DNA of 64,000 nt, from assembly GCF_009914755.1 (NCBI RefSeq), contig NC_060942.1; one strand, given 5' to 3'. Positions 35,523 through 57,519 of this stretch are shown one piece after another; the stretch's first letter is position 1, and the number at the start of each line of letters is the position of its first letter. Source of the stretch: the human T2T-CHM13v2.0 reference genome, Homo sapiens. Below the pieces are notes generated by a model that saw only the letters and a program-made list of their open reading frames with translations, searched no databases and was not told where the DNA came from. The translations under genes and the position numbers were made by a program.

Positions 35523-36044
35523 GTAAGTGTAGAGTTATGATTATTGACCTGATAGAGATGTCTGTTTGAGGGAAAATATTATCAAAAGAGACAACCTGGG
35601 TTGGTTGTCCTGGAACTCTGAGGCTTAAATAAGATTCTAGAAATAATCAAGATTTCATGGGCATTACAGAAAGAAGTAGTTTATTTTAAAAATTATTAAT
35701 ATAACATGGTATTGGGTTTGGTTAATATTTTACTCATATTTCTTAATGGAGGAATAGTGGAATATATTTTTGCATGAATATATAATATACTATTTTTTTT
35801 TCTGTCCTGTTCCTTCCATAGTTGGACTTTTGGCATATATATGTACAAATGCACACTTATGTTACATGTTTGTGTTTATGAAATACAGGGACATCCAAAG
35901 AAACTCCCTCCCTTTCCCTTTTCTTAACCTTGAAGTTTAAACCCATTCTTACTTTAAAAAACTAGATTAGAGTCTTAGGGTCCTCTCTAGGCCCAGGAGT
36001 AGTTGTTAGATAGCTGCAGTGTGAAAGAAAATGTAAGAAAACAC

Positions 36045-37448
<1,404 letters not shown>

Positions 37449-37537
37449 TGCTTCCAAATTCTATTTCCAGTGTGGTTTAAACCTTGATTATATGATAGAA
37501 AAATTTTTGGCATTAAAAGCATTTTTGATCACTTAGG

Positions 37538-38102
37538 ACAGGGATAAGCAACTTTTTCCTTCAAAGGGCAGATAATATTTGCCACTTTTGTAGGTTATAT
37601 GGTTTCTGTCACAATTGCTCAATTCGGCTGTCATAGTACAAAGCAGCCATAGACAATGTGTAAACAAATGGGCATGGTTATTGTCTTAGTCATCTTGGAT
37701 TGCTGTAACAAAATACCATAAATTGGATGGCTTAAACAACAAATGTTTATTTCTCATAGTTCTGGAGGTTGGCCATTTGAGATCAGGGTGCCAGCACGGT
37801 CAGATTCTTGGTGAAGGCCTTCTTTCTGGTATTCAGACAGCCATCTTCCTGCTGTGTTTTCATGTGGCAGAAAGATAACTAGCTAGCTCTCTGGTCTCTT
37901 CTTAGGGCGAAGGCAGTACTTTTATGACCTAATTGTCTCCCAAAGGCCCCAACTCCAAATACCATCTCACTGGCATTAGAGCTTCAACATGAATGACTTT
38001 TGGGGAGATGCAAACATTTAGTCCATGCAACTGTATCCCCGTAAAACTTCACTTACAAAGAGTGATCAGATTTGGCTTGTTGGCCATAGTTTGGTAACCT
38101 CT
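37538..38102. mobile_element. MER58A-like hAT element split by a MaLR (MLT1-type) LTR (about 37682-38030)
   Basis: aaagcagccatagacaatgtgtaaacaaatgggcatgg|...|ctgtatcccc...ggccatagtttg; insert tgtcttagtc...gctgtaacaaaataccataaa. Confidence 0.7.
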
Positions 38103-38154
38103 AATTTAGCACAATAAGGGAACAACTATTTGCATTTTTACTTCTTTTTTAAAA

Positions 38155-40028
<1,874 letters not shown>

Positions 40029-41186
40029 TAGAGTTGACTTTGTAGAATTTTTTTCCCTGCCTGAATCTGAGATTAGAGAGGATTTCAGCTTTGTTACAAG
40101 TAATGAATTACATTTTGAAGGGTTGGTTTAGGAGAAGTTGATTAATTTTGTATCTTCCTATTTGCTTTCATTATATAATATCAATGTATTTGAGTTATTG
40201 ACTTTTAATTCAAGCATATTTTTTCTGTAGTTCACCCTTTGATGAGAATATAAGAGTATATTTCAGGTAAATTAGAATATAAAATCAAACTATAATATTT
40301 TAAAAATTCATGTGTATATGTTAAAAACAATCACAGTAGTGCTTTTTAAAAAGCCTATTTAAAACAGATGACCTAATTGCCTGTATCTTTAGATTTAAGC
40401 CTCTGTTGATATAAGTGGTTTCACTGGGGCTGAGAAGTACTATTTAAATTACGGACAAGGTTGATTTATAAATGAACTTCTGACTCTTTTGAGTATGTGG
40501 TCCAAATTGTTTTCCTGAAACTTTCTTGCTAGTTAGCAGAAGGAAGAAGTTTGATTTTTTTATGGAAAGGAAATCTAGTGAGAGAGAAGTTATTCAGATA
40601 GGTAGGTGAAACGATGAGGTTTTGAACCCATTTGAACTTGTAAATTGACTACTAAGTGAATATATCAGAACATCAGTTAATGCAAAGTAAACATGATTGG
40701 TAATAGACAAAAGGAATATAGGTATGTCTTGTAGACAAGGCATTAACAGAGACTCATAATCTGAATTCATTTAAATAAATGTCATAAATTGTTAACAGTG
40801 TCAAACAGGGCAAAATGTAATTTTCTATTTTTTTAATTACTAAAATTAACAGAATATGGTACTAATTTCTGCAGTTACCATTTTCCTCCCTGAACAATAG
40901 ACTTGATTTGTGTTCTTATTAACTTTGTCCTATAAATGACCTTGCAAGGAGAATGATTCTAGAGGCTAAGTGAAACAATGTCTATATTTTCTGAGGCTTC
41001 AGGCTAGGTTTTATTAATGTAATGTCTAAGATCTTTGAAGTTGTGACTTTACTAGGAAAATCATAATCTCCAAACCTTTATTCATAATGGGTATGACTTC
41101 CAGGGGGAACAGAATACCTGCTGTGCTAATTATTTCAATTATCAGCCACTACTAAAACACGTAATGGATTTTCTCTGCTTCTGCAG

Positions 41187-41317
41187 GTAAAAAGCATGAC
41201 ATTACAGAACTTAACTCTGATGCTGTGAACTTGATCTCCCAAGCAACACAGGAACGACTACGAGGCCTTCTAGAAAAACTGACTGCAATTGCTCAGCATC
41301 GAATGACTACTTACAAG
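41187..41317 (+). CDS. TAF4B: TAF4B coding exon (probable exon 11), 131 nt, phase 1/0, histone fold
   Basis: ctgcttctgcag|GT AAA AAG...TAC AAG|gtaaag; (G)KKHDITELNSDAVNLISQATQERLRGLLEKLTAIAQHRMTTYK. Confidence 0.96.
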
Positions 41318-42599
41318 GTAAAGGAAATCATTAAAGAAGTATAAACTCTCGAGTGTTATAGGTAGTCTTTTGGGCGTGGATTGATATTCTAAACACGTTT
41401 TTAAAGGAATGGTTGAGGCTTATATTTCATATTAGTGGAAAATCAAAGTCTCATTCTTATTTAGATAAGCTTACATGACAAATAAAATTAAAATGGAGTT
41501 TAAAATGATATTAAAAGCTTCTGTGTCACTGTAGATTGAAATATGTATCTGTTCTGCATGAGGCTTCTCTTAAGCTTTTGATGGGGAAGGAAAGATATGT
41601 TAGAATGGAATATTGGCTACTTGTGTTCTCTTCAGTGTTCTGCACTCTCCTCGCATTCCTGTTCCTTTTTTTTTTTTGCCTTTCAGTTTTCCAGAGATTG
41701 ATTTATTTTAAAATAAATTTTATTGTATATATTAATATTTAAGGTATACAACGTGTTAAAGATACACATGTATAGTAAAATTATTACTATTTAGTTGAAT
41801 AAGTTAACATTTTCATTATCTCAAATCTACCCATTTTCTCCCCTGTGGCAAAAGCAGCTATAATCTACTCATTTAGCAGAAATCCTGAAAACAATATATT
41901 ACTAACCATAGTCCTTATGTTCTACATTAGATCTTTCCACTTGTTCATCCTCTGTTCCTTTTAATAAGTTAAATGATTGCATTGAGTGCTCATATTGATG
42001 CTACTAAGTGTTATTGGCTACTTTTATTAAAAAAACTAAATACAGGAATAGCTTGTATCCCTAGTGGTATGAACCAAATGACTTGCTGTTATCAAGGTAA
42101 AATAACTTGATGTAGTTTTGGAGGAGGGCGAATATATTGGGTGATTAGGGATGAAAAGAGAAGGTAACCTGAGTTGAAAATAAATAAATAAATAAGATAA
42201 CTGTTTCCCTCTTTCCAAGAAATGTTTATAGCTAGATTTTGAACAAGATGGTATGTAGGTAACCTTAAGAGATTTTGAATTTGGAAGAATGGTCATTGCC
42301 GTGATATCCTAGTCAAAGGTTAAAGGAAACTAGGAAATTGTCAGCTACTACACCACCAGTAAGTTCCCTGGAGGAATCATATTATTTTATTTTTTTTTCC
42401 TTTCCATTTAGAACTTTGGAAAAACTACATATGATTGCCAAGGTCCTCACTTGCATAAATCTTTGTGAGAATTTGCTGGACTGACTTAGGAATATGTGAT
42501 CAACAGGAGAAAAAGCTATGAAAAAAACAAAAAATTAATATCAGTATTTTATAATTCCTAGAAACACACAAAAATAAATAAAGATATTAATTTTGTGTT

Positions 42600-44260
42600 T
42601 CTAGGAATTTTTTCATTTCTCCTAGGTTATCTAATTTGTTGGCATAGGACTGTTAATAATACTGTCTTGTAACCTTTTATTTCTGTAAGGTCAATGGTAA
42701 TGATCCCCCTTACATTACTGATTTTTGTTATTTGCATCTTCTCTCTTTTTCTTCTTTGCTAGTAAAGCGAATGGTGTGTTGATTTTGTTGAGCTTTTCAA
42801 ATAACCAACTTTTGGTTTTATTAATTTTCTGTTTTTCTATTTTTGATTTCGTGTATCTCCACTCTAGTTTTTATATTATTTTCCTTCTAAGCTTCAGGCT
42901 TAGTTTGCTCTTCTTTTTTTTTAGTTTCATAAGATGTAAAGTTAGGTTTTTTATTTGAGATCTTCCTTTTATAATGTAGGCGTTTACTACTATACATTTC
43001 CCTCTGAGTACTGCTTTCACTGCATTCCATAAGTTTTGGTATGTTGTGTTGTCGTTTTCATTTATCTTTAAATATTTTCTCATTTCTTTTGAGATTTATT
43101 TGATTCTTTGTGACTGTAGAGTATGTTGTTTAATTTCCAAATATGTGGGAATTTTCCAGTTTTCCTTTTGTTGTTGGTTTCTAGCTGTATTCCGTTGTGG
43201 TCAGAGAAGATACTTTGTATGAATCATTCATTTAAAATGTACTGAGGCTTGTTTTATGACTTAACATACATTGTATCCTGGAAAATGTTTCATGTGCACT
43301 TGAGAAGAATGTGTGTTCTGCTCTTGTTTCATAGATGTCTGATAGATATAGTTGGTTTATAATGTTAAGTCCTCTGTTTCCTTATTGATCATCCATCTGG
43401 ATGTTCTATTCATTATTGAAAGTGCAGTATTAAAATCTTCAACTATTGTGGAGCTCTATTTTTCTTTTTGTTTTAGAGACAGGGTCTCACTCTGTCATCC
43501 AGGCTGGAGTGCAGTGGTGCAATCATAGCTCATTGCAACCTTGAACTCCTGGACTCAAGCACCCTCCCACCTCAAGCCACCCTCCCACCTCAGCCTTTCC
43601 AGTAGCTAAGACTAACAGGCGTGTGCCACCACACCCAACTAATTTTTTTTTTTTTTTTTTGAGACAGGGGCTCACTATGTTGCCCATGCTGTGGAATTGT
43701 TTTTTAAACAAAATTCTGTCAATGTTTGTTTGCTTCATATATTTGAGAAGTCTGGTTTGATGTGTATATCTTCTTGATGAATTGACCTTTTTATCAATAT
43801 ATAATAATGTCCTTGTTTGTCTCTTTTAAGGGTTTTGTACTTAAAGTCTATACTGTCTGATATTACTTTCTTTTGTTTGTTACTTGCATGGAATATCTTT
43901 TTCCATCCTTTCACTTTCAGCATATTGGTATGGTTTCAACTAAAGTATAGACAGCATATAATTTGATCATTTTTTAAAATTCATTCTGCTAGTCTCTTTG
44001 AAGAGCTTACTCCATTTACATTTAAAATGTAATTACTGATAAATAACTTCTATTTTGCTATTTCTTTTCTGTATGCCTTATAAGTTTTGTGTTCCTCACT
44101 TCCTCTGCTTCTTATGTTTAATTGTTTTTGTTTTGTTCCATTTTGATCCCCTTCTCATTTCGTTTTGGATATATTTAGATATCTTCTTAGCAGTTACCAT
44201 AGAGATTACAATTAACATCCTAAATCTACAATCTAGTTTGGATTGTTATCAGCTTACTTT
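42600..44260 (-). mobile_element. Old L1 ORF2 endonuclease-proximal relic with an inserted Alu (about 43465-43690)
   Basis: Minus ORFs NENDNTTYQNLWNAVKAVLRGK and LKVKGWKKIFHASNKQKK...RDKQGHY. Confidence 0.85.
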
Positions 44261-47129
44261 TAATTTTGTGATGTGGGAAAATTATAGACATATTTTTGGC
44301 TTTTTACTATAACTCTTTAAAGTATCTTACAGTTTTTCAAACTTAGATTCTCCCTACTTCTGCCTTAATCACACTGTTGTTTCAGAGATACATGAATACC
44401 TTTTTTAGTAGAGATAGGGTTTCGCCATGTTGGCCAGGCTGGTCTCAAACTCCTGGCCTCAAGCAATCCACCCGCCTCGGCCTCCCAAAGTGTTGGGATT
44501 ACAAGTGTGAGTCACCATGCCTGGCCACGTGAGTACATCTTGATTTATAGTAGGCAGTTTCTGTATAAAACATAATAAGTATAATTTACAATGGAATAGA
44601 ATTTTTAAAGTAATATTTATTGAATGGCATTCAAAGCTCTATTGTGTATAGCTTTCAGCTGGAATTCTTTTGTTGTATATCAGTAGCGTATTTCCAAACA
44701 TTTAGTTGCACTAGGCAAAATGGATGGTATCTCCCCCACCTAGAAGACCTCACTAAGTTAGCTTGAAGCTAACACTTCCTTAACCTGCTGTCTTGTATAC
44801 TACCTATTCTGACTGATTTTCCCGAGCTTTCCTTTTCCTACACTCATTTGTTAATACAGCTAATGCCACTGTCTACATTTGCGTATATATAAAATAACAA
44901 AAGATTATCAGCCCTTTTAAGTCAAAATAATTATCATTTGGTTATATTTGGATTCAGTTTGAAATCACCATTATTTTGTAGACTTTGTTTGTAATAATCT
45001 TTATGTCACAGCTTTAGCCCTGTCCTTATATTTCAGTTCATCCCTGATAGGATTTATTTTTATCTGTACAGTGTAGGAAATTCTACTCCATAGATTTTAT
45101 AAAAGTGAGTTACTCTTTTTAAAAAAGTGAAATCCCCCCATCTCTTTCCACTCTTGAACATCCATTTACTTTTGATAATCTTTCACCTGGTTTGATATAA
45201 TTCTTTAATCATTAGTCATAAACTGAGATCTAAGTAAATAAGTAGAAAGTGACATGTAGTACAGAGCTTTTGATCTGGCTACCAGGTGTTTTCCCACTGA
45301 AGATATGTTATAGTCGCCTATATGACTATGGCCCTGAAGAAGCTTCATTCAATGTTTTCCAGTTGAAAGGTGCTATTTGGGTTGCTTTAGATGGGATTCA
45401 TTTGATGGTGTTGATATCATTTGGTCTGGGTCATTACATTTTCTTGGCTAAACCATTTAATATGCAGTGGCCTTAACATTGTAAAGCCCTACTCTGTTGG
45501 TGCATGAAATCTTCAGTTAGGCCAGCTGGGTATATAGGAAGGAACATAAGATTGGGGTTGCTGTTGTTTAAATAAGGTTATAGACTTAATATGAATAGGG
45601 AGGGCACTCATTTGTTTAGTGATACGGAAGAAAAAAGGATGCGAATGTCAGAGGTCGTTGTATATGAGTTGGGGGAGAGAGAGGAAGGAATCTTAGCATG
45701 GGAATATGATTGGGCTAAAATTTAAAAAGTCTGTGACCCTTTTTAATTTAGTATTTGCTGTCCTTTTTAAATTAAATCCCATCATTAAACCATTTCCAGA
45801 GTGTCTAAACACAAAAATGGTAAAGATTAAGTATTTAAGAAACCACTGGTTATTATATTTAATCTCTATGGTTAGCCTATAATGTATTCCATATTCTATC
45901 TTGTGTTATTTAACTTTAAAAACAGTTGAGAATTCTTTTTGTATTAAACATGAAGTAAAATAAGTAGCACTAATATATCCTTGTTCCTTAAACTATGTAA
46001 TACTCTTTTGATCTAGTTAAATACCAACAATAAAAATTTAATTTAAAAAGAATCTTGGGCATATGAAATCCCTCAGTCACAGTTAATTGAATCAACCATA
46101 AGCAGGGGGATAAAACAAAGATGGGAGTGGTACAGTACTCATGATTTCCAGGCCAGGCACTGACTGTTGTTTAAAGACATTCGGTTTTTCTACTATACAG
46201 TTTCTCTTGAATATCCGAATTACTGAGATGAATAGATGGCAAGATGTCTTAAACATTGATTAGAAAGCTCTCCCTGTCCCATTGCCTCCTCCAACCCTGT
46301 CCCCCACTCCTGCCTATACACACTCATAGAGGAGAAAGGGGCAGCTATATAGGTGAAGAAAATTAGAAAATATTTAGGTGGGAAAGCACTGTTTTACATC
46401 CACAGAATAGATTGAGCAATTTGCATTTTATCATTTTATGGAACAATTAAGACAGTTTATACTTCTGTTATGGCTGTCATTTATAAATTGTATACTAAAT
46501 TTCTTTGACCACAGTTTCTGTCCAAATTCACACCCCTGAGTAATCCTCAAAATAGCATTTCAAGATTTTAATGTTTGCCATCTTAACTTAGATTATATTT
46601 TGATAGAAGTTATATTCAGTTGTCAAGGTTAAACCAATCTAATCATGGTAACCAAGGTGATAACTTTCATCTTTGGTATATTTTTTAGTGAGGTGATTGT
46701 TTCTTGCTTTTTGTCTTTCAGAAAACTAAGATTTAATTACTTATATTAATGTCTGCTGAGGTAGATAATAATCTAAAAAGATTTTGGTTATTGGTGAATG
46801 GGGCACTCTTTAGTTTCTCCTTCCTATTGTTGGAAGGATCTGCTTGGCTTAATTCCTCCCCCTTCACCCCACAATGATGTTTACTAGCAAAGTTCTTTGA
46901 AACATAACTGGTTAATCACCTCTCAAATTTTAAGAATGATTAAAGTTTCTTTTCTGGTGGAGTGGATGTAGGGGGATGTTTGCTTAATAGAAACAAAATC
47001 ATTACCTTCTGAAAGTTCAGCTTCCTATTTATGTTGGTATTCCTGCCTTTAGCAGGTTTATACAATACCTAATGTAGAATGTGTGGCCCAGGATCATTAT
47101 AAGACTTTCTGTTTTCTTTTTTTTCCCAG

Positions 47130-47255
47130 GCAAGTGAAAATTACATCCTGTGTAGTGATACCAGGTCACAGCTCAAATTTCTTGAAAAGCTGGATCAATT
47201 GGAGAAGCAGAGAAAGGATTTGGAAGAAAGAGAAATGTTACTTAAGGCAGCCAAG
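47130..47255 (+). CDS. TAF4B: TAF4B coding exon (probable exon 12), 126 nt, phase 0/0
   Basis: ttttcccag|GCA AGT...GCC AAG|gtaagg; ASENYILCSDTRSQLKFLEKLDQLEKQRKDLEEREMLLKAAK. Confidence 0.96.
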
Positions 47256-47689
47256 GTAAGGGCCAGTGTGATTTATGAGTGAATGTGGCCTGGCAGTGTG
47301 GTCAGAGGTGGCTTTATCGTTGGTTGACTGTCTTGGTTTTATTAGGCCTTTAGATTTCTCCAGAGGATTTCCTAAAACGAAATTACTAATAGGATGTCTC
47401 ACAGCCAGGATGGTGTGGTGGCTTTCAGTTAATTTAGTTTAATGAGTCATAATCTTTTGTCTTCTCACATTTCCTGTGTGCTCTCCCCATCCTCAAACCC
47501 AGGTAAAATGTTTCGTAAAATTTCAGGGTCTTTTTAGGAATCCAATTTGATACATGCCAAGTTGAAGTTGATAGGGAAAATTTGGAAAGTAGACAGGAAG
47601 GTTATGGGTAAAATTAGTAATTTGGATTTTGTGGAACAAAATACAGGCTGGGTGGAAATAGAGTAAAAGAATAGCGAGGCTTCTTTATT

Positions 47690-50177
<2,488 letters not shown>

Positions 50178-51549
50178 TAAGATGATACCAATATCCAATT
50201 CCTCATCAAACCTCCGTGTGTTAACCATAACATCTGTTGTGATGTCTGCCTAAATCAGCTACCTCTGTCATGGTTGCAAAATGTCAATTTATTCCCATGA
50301 ACTCTCCTCGTTTTATTAGCACCCTACCATGTGGAAGAGCTTTCCTTCTTTATTCATATTAGTATGGGCTAATGATTTCTCTTTGTCTCAATAGGTTGTA
50401 ATTCATTACTGTCATTTATTTTGTTGCTCAAATTGCCCCTGAGTGGAAGACCCTTCCAGCTGGCCCTTCTGTCCCTTAGTCATGTGTCCATCCATCACTC
50501 ACTGAGCATGTCCTCACTTTCAGGCACAAGGCACTCCAGGCCCAGCTTATACTTTTCGTGCTCTAGCCCCAAATTCAGCCATTTCTCTAAGAAGCCTGCC
50601 TTCTTTTCTGTTGAGGATGACATTCAGAAACTGAGCTTAGGTCATACGGTATACTCATTGCTAAAAGGGTGTCATTACATCTAGGCCTTCTCAATGGACA
50701 GATCTAGGAAATGTATATATGGTATGTGTATATGTACACGTTTATATATATACACACAAATGTCCATCTGTAACTATTTCTATATCTGTGTATATATTAT
50801 AAAACCGTGAGTTCATATGGATACCTGCAACTCCAATCCAGTGCCTCAGAGTTCCTTCTACCCTTAATCTCTCCATGTTTGTAAAAACATTCTCCAGTCT
50901 TGAGAAACTTGGTTCCCATTATCCTTGATATATTTAACTTATGTCCTCTATCAGTTATTTAATCAATGTAACTAATCTCTCAACTAGCCATGCTGGCTGA
51001 CTCCTCTGTCTGCTACTACTAATATCCCCACCCCATTTCATTGTCTGTGTAATTGGCCACCATGCTCACAGACCCATTCCTTGATGAGACCCCCACTCCC
51101 TCACCACCTTGTATTCTTCACCACTGGCCTATACCTTCACATGCCCCAGCTCCCCGTAAGGATATGGAGCACCACAGCCTTGTCACTGTGCTGCTTCCTG
51201 CTGTCCTACAGTCCCAGTCCCCACATTGACACCCACTGCACTGGGAAGAGCAGGAAGGTGGGACAGAAAGATGCTCTTTCTTGAGCCCTCAAGTGTTATA
51301 AGTAAGCACTTAGTCATTGTAATGAGGTGGTTTATTGGTATTTTATTTCCACTTACTGTGCTGTAAACAAGGTCATAAACTATTAAATACTAGTTTAGTT
51401 ATTATTGAATATCATAATGTATTATACTTGCTCTTTATCTCCTTTGGCTTTTCCTTCTTTACCAGATGTCTAAATGTTGGATTTAGTAGTTTTGAATCCT
51501 ATGCCACCTTCTCTGTCTTCATTCCCTTTTAAGTTTGTATCTCCATTTC

Positions 51550-54050
<2,501 letters not shown>

Positions 54051-55289
54051 GTGACTGACAAAGACTTGATACTGAAATGTGCCCATTTTATATTGGGGCA
54101 AAATATTATATACACACCCACATATATATGTATATATATATAATGCATATTTTAATATAAATACATATATACACAGACTCATTCTCTGGTGATACTATAA
54201 CTAGAGTAACAAAAGAGTTTATCTTTTCGCTTGAAATGAAATTTTGTTAGTAGATTGGGGACTAAAATGAAGAAAAATTTTACCAGCTTTGGGTTGAATT
54301 TTGTGTAGATATTTAAGATGTTTGAAATTAGTAGGCACTCAAATTTAAAGACTATCTCTTATATTTTCCTTTAACCAAAGGTTCTGGTAAATCAATAAAT
54401 GTATCAGGTAAACTTATTAAATATGAAAATACTTTTAGCTTTTATTTAGTTAGCTATCTAGATATTACCTTAGTTAACGAAGGTTTCATTTTATGGAACA
54501 AATACTCAGATTTATAAGCAATTAAATAACTTTGTCATGGTGAGAAAAAAGGATATACGTATCCCAAACATGTTTTCCAGTGGACAGATATTCATGGTGT
54601 CAGAAATAAAGTTCCCTACCCTTTGTTCCATCATAGCTTGATACATAGAAAACAGCTCTCTTCTTATGCCAGTTCTGTATTATGGAAGGCGACATCCAAT
54701 AAACAATTATTGAACATGGTGCACAGCATTCTATTAAGTGCTATAGAGGACCCAAAGATGATAAGACATTCTAATTAAAATACTGAGATGTATTTTCTAC
54801 TTATAATTTTAGAAATTATACCTTTAAAGAGAGATTTGGTTCAAGGTTAGTCAGGTTCTTGATTTTAATAGTCCTCGAAATACCTATGTTTTCCCAAATG
54901 GCTTCACCTGAAGATCAGCCAGTATTGATTGTTTTTATTCATTTAAACCAACAATTACTCTTTTTTTCTTTTCCTTCATCTGTACCACCAATTTTTTAGT
55001 TTTCAGTGTTCCTACAAGAACAACGTCATGCCTCAACTGGACCTGACTGACATCGTTAGCATCATTTTCAGTATAAGCTTCCTCCAGGCTAGAACTGCAG
55101 CAGCCAGCCCAGATGATGAGGGGGCAGGGGAAACCAGGGTGGGAGTGCAGCTAGACTGGATTGAGGTATTTTCCCCTGGAGCTAAGATATTCAATCACAA
55201 GAGAAAATTGTCATTTATTAAATATTTAATGGCAACTATGGTGTTCAGATGCTAGTAATTTCTATTAAAATTTTCTTTTCCTTTGATAG

Positions 55290-55346
55290 AGTCGTTCTAA
55301 TAAAGAAGATCCAGAACAGCTGAGATTAAAGCAGAAAGCCAAAGAG
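55290..55346 (+). CDS. TAF4B: TAF4B coding exon (probable exon 13), 57 nt, phase 0/0
   Basis: ttcctttgatag|AGT CGT...AAA GAG|gtagga; SRSNKEDPEQLRLKQKAKE. Confidence 0.95.
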
Positions 55347-57519
55347 GTAGGACTTTCAAGTTACCATGCTTGTCTTTGTGTTTGAGGGAAGGTTGGCAGC
55401 TCTCTCCTGGCAATTAGGTCAGGGTTTATTTTGCTGTTGCATACCATTTGCAGAAGCCTTGGGGAAGGACAGGAACTGCTAAAGGCAAGGGCAGTACTTC
55501 AAATGAGGTCAATGAGTTATGTGCTCTCTTTTTAAAATTTATTTTCAAGGCTTAGGCCTGTCTCGAAATGGGTCTTTGTAAACTACAGCAGCATACTTGG
55601 AGGAATATAATGTGAGATTTTAAAAAAAAAGAAACTTTTGAGATTTAGCATCTGGGACTGTACAATAGGCTACATTTTTCCAGGGTAATTGTTCGTTTTG
55701 TAAATCTGATACTGCTTATAATTCTTTGGCTGGGAGGCGGTGCTGGGATTTAGTTTTAAATGGAAAATGCCTCTGGCTTTTAATTTTCTGGGCCCAGCAG
55801 TTTTCTGTTCTGGAATGGAGCCCTTGTTTCACACAGTTCATGTTTAGCTGCAGGGGTTTTAGTTTATAGCTTAGACTGGTTAAGCTTTTACTCCCAGAGG
55901 CCTCTGCATAGCAACTGTAGAAATCAACAAATAAGTTCATTTATGTCTGCAGCCTCCTCTCAGTAGCTGACTTTTTACATTTCCCAATATCCATTTCCTG
56001 ACTTTTCTAGCCCCAGAGAAAAAAGCTCCACTAATTGGAGCTTATTTTAATTGAGCCTTAATATTGGATCTCACTGGAGTTGCCCCCAGAGCTGCTGAGA
56101 ACAGAATGAAATGAAAGTACCTAAGGTTGAAGGTGCAGTGTGTGTATGGGTGTGTGTGTGAAATTTTTCACTTGACCTACAGATTCTTTTCCCTCCTGAA
56201 TAATCATCAAGCCTGTTCACATTTCTGATTAAGGATCTGACAGCAGATGATAATAAAGACAATTGAGGTGTGAGACGTGTGATATGGAGCTGAAGAAATT
56301 GGTTTCTATAGTTACTTCACTGATTTCATGCAATTTTTAAGGATCTTTGTGCTAAATAAGAGTGATTTTCTGAGCAACCTTTTCCCTTAACTGTGCCTCT
56401 TGAACTATGAAATTTGTTGTTGCTTAACATTGCTGCAGTTGGCTCCTAGGTGCCAGCAGCAGCAGGTTATTTATGAACGTTTTAAAGGCCCTTATTGTTT
56501 GGATTAATGTAGGAATTGAGGCAAAACAAGTGGAAATCTAGTAAGATTCTTACAATCAATGTGGTGTGTTTTCATTAACATAGAGAAGGAAAATACATGA
56601 ACTCTGGGTGGAGGGATTTCAGGATTGGGACAGGGAACGATGGAAAGGGAGAACACTTTAAAAAAAAAGTTGAGAGCAGAAACATTTTATTTTCAGCAAC
56701 AAGATATTCCTTATACTGATGTCTTTCCAGTGGAAAATGTATCTAAAATTATTAGTATGAGAACTGTACCTATAATTCTCTTTAAGCAAACCTGGCATGA
56801 GGATAGATTATTTAGGGATGGGCAACCTACTGTTGCTCTGAATCATGGGTATCCCACCTTGTTTTAATTAAGGACTGACTAGATGCTTATCTTCTAATTG
56901 CATTCCCTTTTTGGAAAATGTGCAACAGAAAGCTTACCCTTTTAACCTTACCCTGTCTGTTCTTCCTTCATAAACCTTCATAAGCATCTGAATCTTAGAT
57001 TAATTCTTCCTTCAGCTTTGTATGGGATGTTTTGTTTTTGTTTGCATTTTATTTTAGTATGTTGTTTAATAATTCCGTAAGGGATGAATAGGTAGACAAC
57101 ATTTTTCAAAGAAATCTGTGAGAGGAAATGTACCAAAAAAATGCCTCTGTTAATGAGAACAGGTGGTAGCAAACCTGTGTTTTTCTCTTCCTTTGCACCT
57201 CCATTTATTTCTTTTTCCAAACAAGGTTAAAGGAATTCAGTATAACTTCTTTCCAAAATATTTTGAAAGTTTTCTGGTTGCTTCCTATCATAAATCCTCT
57301 TTGATCAAAAAAATGAATCAAATACATTGGCCTCTTTCCAAGAACAGAGCCACTCTGTTTTGCAAATGTTTGGTGAAAGTCAAATATTGTCATTTTTGTC
57401 ATTCTCCTGCCCCCTAGAGTTCTTAATAACTTGAGTGTTCTAAGGGGCTGTAGTTCAGAATCAAATACACAGTGGTAGTGTATATTGTTTGATTGCATAA
57501 ATATTGACCATATCTTTTT

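Noticed and set aside
55299-55304. AATAAA in exon 13 as a gene end
   Set aside because: Encodes conserved Asn-Lys in SRSNKED; the exon has a normal donor and the protein continues beyond the window
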